DNA of 63,937 bases, the filler included, from Guillardia theta CCMP2712 (lineage: Eukaryota > Protista > Cryptophyta): assembly GCF_000315625.1 (NCBI RefSeq). It is 5 parts of 5 records of this genome, joined end to end, with 100 filler letters (N's around TTAATTAATTAA, not from the genome) between each part and the next. Parts side by side here need not be neighbours in the genome. Positions count along the whole stretch, not along the records: positions 1 to 20,538 come from NW_005434609.1; positions 20,639 to 46,069 come from NW_005434581.1; 3 more parts are not named here. One strand, given 5' to 3'. This document shows positions 13,680-24,183 of this stretch, piece after piece. The translations under genes were made by a program, and so were the position numbers. The notes under the pieces were generated by a model. The model did not search any database. It was not told the origin of the DNA and was given only the letters and a program-made list of their open reading frames with translations. Numbering within the stretch: position 1 is the stretch's first letter; each line of letters starts with the position of its first letter.

Positions 13680-16600
13680 GTCAATCATTGAACCGTTTAT
13701 TATGGGTAGGAGGTTTCTTCCGGATCATATTATTATGTATCCGATTTTCGGGTTGTACCAGAATTTATGAAAGTTTATAGTTCGCAATAAATTTCCCATA
13801 AAATTTGCGCAATGGCTTCAGAAGAGGATGAAAGACGGTGCTGTGAGCGATTCTGAGTAGATGAGAGCATTCTTTTCCTCTTTACATCATAGCTAGCCAT
13901 ATGACAATGGATGTATGATGTACACAATGATCTTGAACTACAATCTCACGATTCAACGATGCAATCCGTCTTGTTCTCTGCACCAGGTCGCTACAGACTG
14001 CCAGGTCCGTCGTTGCCTCCCTTCTTTCCTCGGTAGTTTCAAGCATTCCACGCACTGCTTGAAGATTTCCTTGGTTTCCTCCATGGTTGCGTTCTCCTTA
14101 TACACTCCTTTCTCCTGTGCACATTGGTCTATTTTGCCCATCAGATACCTGAAGTCACTCAAACGTTTCCTTGCATTCTGGTCGGCAAAATCACTCGGTT
14201 CCAGGGTTTTGAATGGTGGATACCCTTTTTCTGCATTTCCTTGCATCCACCACTCGTAAGCCACATCAACGAACATCTTTGGCCATAAAAAATCTTCTGG
14301 CAGAAGGCGAATGCGTCGACCCCAGTTGTATCCGTTCACCTGCAATGCTCCACTCTGCTCAACTTGTGCAGGCTGTCTTGGACTGCTTTGACAGTCTGCC
14401 CTCCCATTCACCTGTCTCATCAGGACCTCTAACATATCCTCCATATGACGAAATCGAGTTGTCATCTCTTCCACTTTTTGAAGCACAATTGGCATCATCA
14501 TCCCTCCGCCGATATTTCCAACACAGTGACTCTGCTCCATGTTGCCATTGTTCACTGAGTTTGATGCAATCAGACTGATGTCTGTTTGCGTATCACGCGT
14601 TTCTACCTCCTTCCTGCTAGCTTCAAGCCCTTTCATGCCTCTGAGGATTGTTACATGCGCTGGAATGCCTGTACACCGTCTGCCATCGCCCTCGATTGTC
14701 ACCATTTTCTTCATTCGTTGAAGAATTCCTTGTTGCGTGAACAGGCAAGTAGCCAACAAAGCATGTTCCTTCGGGAGTGTCTTCATCAAAAATTCAGAAT
14801 GATACACAACAGAAGCCACAGCGTATTCTGCAACAAGATACAGTTTGGTTGTAATTCCAGGGAACATCTCTGAGATGTAAGACGATACAAATGCTCTTTC
14901 ATCCCCATCAGACCAGCGAAAGTAGGGGGGCAACGTGGCAAACTCTGCCTTGTCCAGGGGCAGGCCCGTCGCTGTCCTTCCCACATACTGGTCGCCTATC
15001 GCGCGGTCAAGTCGTTGCCCTTCCATGTCACCTCAGAGAAGAGAATTACCTGCAGCCTCAAGTCTCATGTATGTGTCTTGCACAGGTCCCATCTTCCAGC
15101 CAATTCTGCGCTACGGCTCAGAATCCAGTGATGGATATTGTTTGTCACCTATTACTCAGAGGAACATATCTTGGACCATCTGGACTTCCACCGGAACAAT
15201 AAGTAGCGGATCCTTTGCACAACATCAGTCATTGGATCCGAGTGGATACCAAACCATGTACAGTACCTTTTCTTACACTGTGTGACCCGATATTTTGTAT
15301 GTCTATTCCCAGGAATTTGAAGGCATCTTTCAGATTTTCGTTGTTGCGGAACCTGTGATGATTTTGCTGAAACGTCGACTGATTATGCCCGGAATAGCTT
15401 TCATTTCAATATCGTTCATTCCAAAGCACACCAGTAATGCCTGCGTTCACCGGAAGTAATATCAATTCTTAGCGATGTGTACAAACAAATCTTCACTTAC
15501 CAAGGGCCAGCAAGGGGCAGATGTCTGGATTTAAAGGATTGGCGTAAATGTGTTTCCCATCCCGTGGTCGATCTCCTTCCTGATCATTCTTTTGATGAAT
15601 GATGTAAATTTTGAGCGCATCCTCGAAGAATTCCATATGGTTGTACAGGATTTTGATTCCATTGTTTGCTCTGCAAATGAGATTCCAGCATATGATGAGC
15701 ATAGTCCTGAAAAAAATCCATTCTGTGCCTGTTTGCTTCAAACTGAAATTCCCTAACATTTTGTATCCTTCGAATGATAATGGGTCCTTCCCACTACTCA
15801 CTTTAACATCTTTCGTCTCCGATGCACCCTTAGCAACTGTTCGTTTCACGCCTTTGAAATCCTTCTTCAACGAATTGCTAAGTTCGGAAGGCATTTCGAA
15901 TCCGTAGTGACGATAAAGATCAAACAGACCAGATCTGTGTCCTGACAAAGTGCTAAATGCATACGCACNNNNNNNNNNNNNNNNNNNNNNNNNNNNNNNN
16001 NNNNNNNNNNNNNNNNNNNNNNNNNNNNNNNNNNNNNNNNNNNNNNNNNNNNNNNNNNNNNNNNNNNNGCTCAAGCCATGTAATGAAAGCTGTGGATGTA
16101 AATCTACACTTTGGATCGGTTGATTCCTTATTTTCAAAGTCGATGGGTTTGATTTCACGACGCGTTAGGATATCATGCAGCAGATCTTTATCGGGAACGT
16201 AGTGCAAGTTCATGATATTCTGTCTTTCCATGAGCTCCCTGAACTCCTTGGTGAGAACTTCTTTTCTGTTGACATAGAGCCATTGCAAAAGACGTATCAT
16301 GGAGCTGGTATACATCTTCCTGCTCTTCTTCGATATCGTATTCTCGCGGATAGCTTCCACTGATGCTTCGAGCGCTGCTTCGTCTTGTACGCGTAAGTTG
16401 TCCCACAGAGCAGACTCAGCTTCTGTAGAAGAACGTTTTCTCTTTGGTCGTGCATTGTTGGGTCTTGCAGCAGCAGTGGGATTTTGAAACATCGAGCTTG
16501 GTCCCTCCATCCCATCATCTAATTGTGACGTGCAAGATGACACTGACATGCCATCTCCTTCCGATTCGTCAATTGCTATCGCTGACTGCACATCATCGCT

Positions 16601-17000
16601 GGGAGGAGGCGGCGATTGACAACCACAAAATCCAGGATCCTCACTTCGAAAACTGGCACATACTGCATGAAAGTTGCCACCACATTTCCGGCACTTATGT
16701 CCAGTCCCAGTCGCAGGGTTGCATGGAGCTCCCTGTATTCGACATTCGCGTCCAAACAGGCATTCTCCGCTAGTTTCCGCCATTTCGTACTTTTTGTTGT
16801 ACCGGGATCAAAGACTTTTGGCCGTACAATATTGGTACAAAATAAAAACATAAAAGATTTGTTATCAAATAGATATCGACCAGAATTCACTCAAAAACTA
16901 TTTATTGGTACTAATATTGGGTACTATAGTTGAAGCGGACATCGGTCCATATCAAATCTCAAAGTAAATACACCCGATGCAATGTATATTTTGTACCCCA
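13680..17000 (-). mobile_element. Crypton-type tyrosine-recombinase DNA transposon (boundaries approximate)
   Basis: AT-richer island carrying a single spliced tyrosine-recombinase gene. No RT, no DDE transposase, no long TIRs seen. Ends are estimated from composition only. Confidence 0.8.
13953..16783 (-). CDS. Crypton tyrosine recombinase with N-terminal Cys/His-rich finger; spliced, locally frameshifted, spans an N gap
   Basis: CWNLICRANN (catalytic R), HQKNDQEGDRPRDGKHIYANPLNPDICPLLALG (K), IGSHSVRKG (HxxR), RIGWKMGPVQDTYMRLEAAGDQYVGR (W and catalytic Y). Introns 15500-15441, 15266-15213, 15148-15106, 15049-14996. C-terminal LLPEDFLWPK...WWMQGNAEKGYPPFK domain. Confidence 0.88.
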
Positions 17001-18306
17001 TCATTTGTACTCTCCTGAACTTGACCGGTACTCTCTTAGATCTCTCAAATAAATTTTGAACTTCTGACTCATCCGGATTAATATCCCCGTCTGACAATAA
17101 ACTATTATAAGACCTACAATAAAAATCCGGATGGTTACTGAGAATTATGATTTCAAAGTTTCAGTGGCTGCTCTACGGGAATCCGCCCCTTTATTAAAAC
17201 CCATTTATAGCATGAGTTGAACAAATTATTTTTGAAGATCATGTCTAACTTCCATAAGAATTTCACAATTGTTGAATAAATATTGAATTTACAAAACACA
17301 ATTCGAGGTATTTATGCAGATTAGCATGAGCAGGAAGGTGATGCGGGAAAATCCCCCTTTTGTTACGCCAAACATCCCCAATGCAACTCTGCAGAAACCA
17401 ATTGTGAAATTTGAAATAAATAGATGTTGGTATGAAATATTTTCAAATATTTCGTGAGATCCCCTCATCCCCCATGCTATCGGAGCTTTAGAAGGGGGTG
17501 TAGTCCAGGGGTAGGGTGAAGGGGTCATGGAGATTTGATGAGGGGTACACTAAAAATTCATGACGGGTTCCAAAACAACCACGCCACGTTTTTAGGGGTC
17601 CATGAGCACAATAGCCAACCATGCCACTGCCTTATGGCTGAGTGTTGCCCATACCCTTCATGATCCAATATCATAATTATGATATCTGTGAGCATCGAAT
17701 GACAAGATGAGCTTGTTACTATCTCGGCCCAAAAAAATTCTAGAGTCTAACGCAGAGGTTGGGTATGGGTAGTAGTGGGGTGGGGTGATTTCAGTGCTGT
17801 CATGCCTGGGTACGAGAAAATGTTGATCGGTGGGGTGGGCGATATCTTGGACCCATTTGAACGCTTATATATGTTCTTGTAGGGGTGGGTAATCGTAATG
17901 GACGGGTAGGAGTACATGGAGTGTTATGACAAGACGGGGTGTTTGAAGTATGATGGGGAGGTGGGGGTAGGGAGAATTTTTCATCAATTGACGGTGGGGT
18001 AGGGCCAATTCAAGATGGGTGAGAATTGTAAAAGGGGGTGGGTGATCCTGAAAGACTAGAAATGAGGGGGTTGTGTACAAGTATCAGGGATAAAAGGGGG
18101 GTGGGAGGATTCTTTTTTAGCTGAGGGGGTTGGTTTGACCTACAATGGGGGGTAGGGTGGGGATGAGTAAAAGAGGGGGACGGCGGAAAAGGGTGGGTAG
18201 TCATTGGAGAAACTGGGAAGGAAAGTTCGAGGGTGGCTGTTGGGGGTGGCATGTGCGGGGTATCAATTGAGGACAGGGTGGGTGGGGTCCCCAACACCGA
18301 GGAACG

Positions 18307-19883
18307 ATGGCAGCGCGATGGGTAGCGATGATGGCGCTGCTGCCAGCAGCCTGCGCACTCCATGCGCAAACCCCAGGATCCAGCTTGCGCTCCTCCCTCC
18401 CCATGCAGAAGCTCTCGCTCTCATCTGAGAGCGCTATCCTTCGCGGCCCCTCCAAGGCTGTTTCCGAGGGAACCCAGTCCGGTGCTGTGGAGCACTTGCG
18501 TGGAGGAGCCGGAAAGGGCCCCCTGTCCTACATGTGGAACGAGACTGTTGAGCTCGCCATCTACTTTGCTCTCTGGTACTGGGGCAACACCTACTGTAAG
18601 TTTGATCATCATGTGTGGAGGAAGCTGTGGGGGCGGGCGTCGGGGGGCATATAGCTGTTTCCTAGGTTGCCAACATATGGCTTGTTATGTGTCTCTGTGA
18701 GTTTTGTAGATTTGGCTGAGATTTCGCCATGAGAGAGATGTTGGGAGGGGGGTGGGAGGAGAGTGAGGAGGGCATGAAGATGGTGCAGCACGAGTCGGGT
18801 GGGTTCTGTGGGTGTTGACCGTTGGTCCGCAGACAACATCTACAACAAGAAGGCCATGAATCTCCTGGGAGGATCCAAGGGAGGACTCGTGTGGACCGTC
18901 TCCTCCGCTCAGCTCTTCGTCGGCATCCTCTGGGTCATCCCCCTCTGGATCCTCGGCATCCGCACCTCCCCCAAGATGACTGCTGAGAACTGGAAGCAGA
19001 TGGCTCCCATCGGCCTGTGGGCTGCTGGTGCCCACGGAGGCTCCGTCATCTCCCTCGGAGCTGCTGCTGTCAGCTTCGCGCAGATCCTCAAGGCCTGCGA
19101 GCCTGTCTTCTCCGCCGCCAACGAGGCTATCCTCCTTGGCAAGGTCCAGGCCTGGCCCGTGTACGCTGCTCTCCTCCCCATCATCGGAGGTGTTGCTCTT
19201 GCCTCGGTGAAGGAGCTCTCGTTCTCCTGGCTCTCCGTGATCTCTGCCATGATCGCCAACCAGTGCGCTGCCCTCAAGGGAGTTCAGGGCAAGGACATCA
19301 TGAAGCAGCCGTGGGTCAAGGCCATGGGCCCCGCCAACCAGTACGGTGTCGTCAACATGCTCGCGTTCTTGTGGACTCTCCCCATTGTGTTTGCTGTGGA
19401 GGGACCTAAGGCCATGGAGTCGTGGGAGAACGCCATGAGGAAGGGATCGAAGAAGGAGGACGTGCTGAAGAACGTTGTGTTCTCTGGCCTCACCTTCTAC
19501 CTCTACAACGAAGTCTCCTTCCTCTGCCTCGGCAAGGTCACTCCCATCACCCACTCCGTCGCCAACACCCTCAAGCGCGTCGTCGTGCTCGTCGTTTCCT
19601 GCATCGTCTTCAACGTGAGTGTGCTTGCAGTATCTGGATTTCCTCGCTCTTGCTGTTGTTGCTACCTCGTGTACTTGTCTCTGCTCTCTTCCTCGTCTTC
19701 CCCTTTTTCCTCTCCCCATCCACTTGCTTGCTTGTGCGCATTTCCTCATGGTTGTGATGCTGTTGACTGACTGGTTCTCTGCAGACCCCCGTGAGCAGGG
19801 AGAGCATCATTGGCTCCACCATTGCCATCCTCGGTACTCTTCTCTACTCCCTCGCCAAGCAGAAGTTCGGTGGAGGACACTAA
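18307..19883 (+). CDS. Plastid triose-phosphate/phosphate translocator (TPT) with bipartite targeting leader, 3 exons
   Basis: Exons 18307-18595, 18833-19614, 19785-19883. YFALWYWGNTYYNIYNKK, SFAQILKACEPVFSA, YLYNEVSFLCLGKVTPITHSVANTLKRVVVLVVS, IIGSTIAILGTLLYS. Confidence 0.96.
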
Positions 19884-20145
19884 GCAGCTTGCGAGTAGAA
19901 GCTTGATGTGTGAGCGAGATAATAAAGGATAGCGTGTGAGACTTGTCTTCCTTTCTACCTCGATCGGACACGTACTAATCGTTAGCTCGCCCTCGTACCT
20001 GCGTGGTTGTCACGCTCCCGCCCCTTCAGCATTCTCCTTCACGTCCTCCCTCCTTTCATCTCTTGTCCTTCCTCCTTCCATTACTGCAATCTCACACCAT
20101 CTCGATGCTTGTTCTCCTTCCCTTGTCTTGTGCTGGCTGGTTTAT

Positions 20146-21635
20146 TAAACTACATTCACCTCCTGCTGGTGCCTTTCTAGCCGCCTCCTCCTCTCGGCGA
20201 TCCGAGCTGAGCGCATCGACTCTCTGCCTGCTGATCGAGTTAGCTCCTGCTCCTAAAGCACGATACGAGAATGCGAGAGGAAGGAGGGCGGAGGAAGGAC
20301 GATGGACGAGGAAGGAGCAGGAAGGAAAAACGTCAAAAGAGGATTCATACCAGCGTCCTGCCTCGTTCTGGACTCCCTCGCAGGCTCCAAGCTCTCGAGA
20401 GTAGTCAAGATCGTCTGCAAGAATCTCAACAGGCGCTCCTCGCATCCTCATCCTAACCCTCCTCCTCCTCCTCCTGCTCCTGCTCCTGCTCCTGCTCCTC
20501 CTGCTCCTCCTCCTCCTGCTCCTCCTCCTACTTCTCTCNNNNNNNNNNNNNNNNNNNNNNNNNNNNNNNNNNNNNNNNNNNNTTAATTAATTAANNNNNN
20601 NNNNNNNNNNNNNNNNNNNNNNNNNNNNNNNNNNNNNNCCCTCCCTCCCTCCCTCCCTCCCTCCCTACCTCCCTCCCTCCCTCCCTCCCTCCCTCCCTCC
20701 CTCCCTCCCTCCCTCCCTGCTTCTCACCCCCTCCAGCGAGTGCTGCAAGTGCGTCTCGTCCAACAGCGGCTCTTCTAGTGACGCCATCGCTTGTCCTGCC
20801 TTCACCCTCTCGTCCTCTCGTCCTCCTCCTCCTCCTCCCTCCCCTGTCGCTCTACGTCAGCTCTCCTCCTCGCCTTCTCCTCGCCTCTCTACCTGCCGCT
20901 GCCTCCGCCATGGCCTGTTGCTTGCATATTCCCAGCACCTGCGTCAAGCCATTTACACCCTTCCCACTGTCGCGTCTGTGTCTTCTTCCTCCTTCTCTCC
21001 CTCTCTCTCCGTCTTCTCTTCCCCTCTCTCACCTTCCTTGACACCTCCTCGAACCTCCTTCCTGCCGCTTCAAACCGCCTCCCGATGCTCTCCAGTTCCG
21101 CTCGCTCCCCTCGGTCCAGGTTTCGGTCGCTCAGTCGCTTCTTCAGCCACTGTCCTGTCCTCTGCGCGATCGCCTGCCCCTTCTCCGCCAGCGCCTCTGC
21201 TTTCTTCAGCTGTGCCTGCTCCTCTGTCAGACCTCCTGCCGCCTCCCACCCCTCTCCCTCCTCTCGTCCCGCCCGCATCAGTTTAGAGAGGTTTGAGGAC
21301 TGATCACGCGCACGAGGCTTCGGCAGGGCTGCCATGCTCTCTCCTCGGCATCGGACTCCAGCCGCACATCTAGACCCATCAGGCATGGGGTCGAGCCAGC
21401 AGGACAGGACGCTGAGAGACAAGGAGCAGCCAAGACAGCGGGCGAGGGCAAGGGATGCTATAAACAAATCGAAGAGGAACAAGGGAGGGAGAGGGAGCGG
21501 GAGAGGGAGCGGGAGAGGAGGAGGAAGAAGACGCAGACCGACAGTGGGCTGGGGGGGCTGAGGAGCGACGAGCGAGGCCTCGAGCTCCTTCGCCGCAGCC
21601 TCGAGCTCCTCCGTCCCCTCCGTTCCTCGCGCCAT
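20146..21635 (-). CDS. Hypothetical coiled-coil protein (multi-exon, crosses an assembly linker)
   Basis: ATG 21635 (MARGTEGTEELEAAAKELEASL), E/R/K-rich helical exon, splice-like junctions. The part beyond the linker may be a separate gene. Confidence 0.45.
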
Positions 21636-21646
21636 CTTGTAGCTGC

Positions 21647-21797
21647 TTGACTATAGGGGCGGTGTGGTGAGATAAAACGGTTGACTATAAAGCTATCTAC
21701 TTTGGATAAGTAATATTGACTACAAATATTGCATGCCCCGTTGAAGTTGACTATAAGAATGTTCGCAGAGGGGGACCTTAATAAGACTTATAGTCAA
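21647..21797. promoter_or_regulatory. Periodic TTGACTATAA motif cluster between divergent genes
   Basis: Copies start at 21647, 21681, 21716 (variant) and 21747, with an inverted copy at 21787-21797. Confidence 0.5.
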
Positions 21798-21875
21798 AAT
21801 GGCACAAAATTTTGTGGTCAAAAGGAGACGGAGAGGGAAATGTTGCGATGTAGATAGTGACGATAAGTGACGAGC

Positions 21876-22598
21876 ATGCTTCTTGATGATGGAGGTGCGT
21901 TCTGTTCGATGAGTCAAGATCCCTAAGGAGGAGGAGGAGGAGGAGGAGGAGGAGGAGCGGGAACGAAGAAGAGGACGAGAACGAGGATAAGAACATTACA
22001 ACGAGTTGCGAAAGTATACAATACCAAACATGTCCACAAAACGATCCTTTTGGGAACCTTGCTCGACATTGATTCTGCCGTAACGAGGAGAATTGCACTG
22101 GGAATGCGGGAGCAGGGAGGCATCGTCGCTGACCTCTTTCTTGTCTTACCTGCATCACTGTTCTCTCAACCTGTCACCATCTTCGCGTGTTTCTATCCCT
22201 GGGCACTGATGTTAGTGGAACCTTCCTTCCTGTGGCTTTCCCTGTGCGTCCTCCCCTTCACCCTCCTTGCTCTGGTGCTGCTTGCTCTGGGGGCCAAGTT
22301 TCGTGAAGGCTCGGCCCCTCACCTCGCCATCACTCTCATCGGCGACGGCCTCTTGATTCCCGTCGGGATCGCTTCATCATTGCTGTTGCGCAGGGGATCA
22401 GAGGTCCTTTCTGTCCTCTTCATCTCAACTTTGTTCGCGCAAAGAGTCAACCAGGTCCCTCCTCCTCTATTCCGACACCTGCTGACCTGTCGCTTCTCCA
22501 GATTATCAAGAAAGCATTCGCTAGGCCACGTCCTCCAATCGAATGGCCGGACAGTTTCCAAGGGAGAGGGTGAGAGTCCTCCTCCTCCTGCCCGTTCT

Positions 22599-22639
<41 letters not shown>

Positions 22640-23143
22640 TGTCCTCGTCCTCGTCCTCCAACTTCTGCTCGGCTTGATGTTTCCTGAAGGCAATGGCTCA
22701 ACGTGAGGGCGTGGACTGTGCATGAGGGAAGACAGAACAAGGGCTGCCTGCCGCAGGACCTCGAATCCTTCCCATCCGGCGACAGCGCACAAGGAGGAGC
22801 TCTCCTATCTGCCCTGATGATCCTCGCCCCGCCTCCCTGCAAGAGTCTCCTCCTCCTAGCCATGCTGGCGGTGGCGCTGGGCAGAACGTACTTTGGGTGC
22901 CACTGGCTCCTCGACTCCATCAGCGGGCTGGTGCAGGGGATGCTCTGTTCTTCTGTCCTCCGCCTGTGCGGATTGCTGCAAGGAGATGGGAGAATCCTGT
23001 TCAATTTCGTAGGAGGAGCAATCTGTTACGTTCTCAGTGGAATAGGTGAGTGGATGTTACGTTGCAAGATACCTAGAAATGTAATGCCACTTACAGGCCA
23101 GCGAAGGTTGCTGATGAAGAAAGAGAGAGAGAAAGAGTCATGA
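21876..23143 (+). CDS. PAP2/lipid-phosphate phosphatase family membrane protein
   Basis: Motif 1 IIKKAFARPRP (exon at about 22502-22569), motif 2 SFPSGDS, motif 3 GRTYFGCHWLLDSISG, several hydrophobic segments. Start codon uncertain. Confidence 0.85.
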
Positions 23144-23289
23144 CGGGGCTCAAAGACGGCGGGGGAGAATTGTGCACATGCAAGCAATGCCATCGAAAGG
23201 AATTTCAACTTCATTAATGGAATAATTTTCTTCAATTAATAACATTCACATGCCTCATGCATTCAGTTCTCTTCATCACATTGCAAGCT

Positions 23290-24183
23290 CTACACAGCAA
23301 TCTCCTGCACGCGCATCATGGCAGGAGCCCATGTCGGGCTTCCATTCATTTCCCTAAGGCCAGCGTCCACCGGCCCGTGCTCAGGATGCGGATAGCAGGC
23401 GCTCTGCCTGGAGATCGGACCTCTCACGTTCCTCCTCTCCGAGCTGTCCATCAACTTCAACATGCGAGACTGCGACCTTGTCTTGACCGCAGGTACCTGT
23501 TCCTCCTCGTACGGGAGGTGGGAGAACTCCGACCACAGGTGAGGCTGGAGGTTGTCCTTCAGCATGTCCCCGCTACTGCGATCCTTGTCGGAGCAGTTCA
23601 GGTGGAAGCAAGTGGCTGGTCGCCGCGACTCCGGTCTGTGCGCGTTGAACTGTGCGATCCACGAGAGGGCATCTGCGCTAATGGCCCTTCCAACTTCCTC
23701 TCCATCCTTGCCGTTGTCTCTCGAGACGTCCTCTGTCCTGTTGGAGGATGGCTTGCGCTTCATGTACCGTGGGTTCGCCTGTCCTGGGTACTCAGGGCCA
23801 GCCGGTCCTGAGGGGCTGCTATCATCCAGTTGGCTCAATCCCCTCCTCTTGCTCTTCTTCGGAGCGGCACGCTGGTCATTCTTGCTCAGGCTGCGCCACG
23901 ACGAGCCTTCGAAGGATGCCTTCAGCTGAGGAACCACGTCGTGTCGATCTCTCAGTTCCATCGGGTGAGTGCTCCTTCCAATTCTGGCCAGAGTTCTTTG
24001 CTGCAGCGCTCCTAGCGACATGCTGCTGCCCTGGCCCAAGTTCAAATTTTCTCTGCTCACGTTGGACATTCTTCCACGTCGATTATGGTGAGCTGAAGGA
24101 GTTCGAACAGGAAGCAGAGACTTCCTGTTCAAGATGAATTCTCCGGTCGAGAAGGGATCAATGGGAGCTCTGCTTTCTTTCAT
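23290..24183 (-). CDS. Hypothetical protein, 297 aa, probably single exon and disordered
   Basis: Long non-repetitive ATG-initiated ORF, convergent with the PAP2 gene. Confidence 0.6.
   Translation of the reverse strand: MKESRAPIDPFSTGEFILNRKSLLPVRTPSAHHNRRGRMSNVSRENLNLGQGSSMSLGALQQRTLARIGRSTHPMELRDRHDVVPQLKASFEGSSWRSLSKNDQRAAPKKSKRRGLSQLDDSSPSGPAGPEYPGQANPRYMKRKPSSNRTEDVSRDNGKDGEEVGRAISADALSWIAQFNAHRPESRRPATCFHLNCSDKDRSSGDMLKDNLQPHLWSEFSHLPYEEEQVPAVKTRSQSRMLKLMDSSERRNVRGPISRQSACYPHPEHGPVDAGLREMNGSPTWAPAMMRVQEIAV

Noticed and set aside
18685-19749. 354-aa antisense ORF over TPT (similar cases over CCDC146 and the BIR exon)
   Set aside because: Shadow ORFs caused by GC3-biased codon usage on the coding strand.
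20539-20638. TTAATTAATTAA embedded in N runs (also near 46114, 53914, 61188)
   Set aside because: Artificial all-frame-stop contig linker added during assembly, not biological. Synteny across it is unverified.
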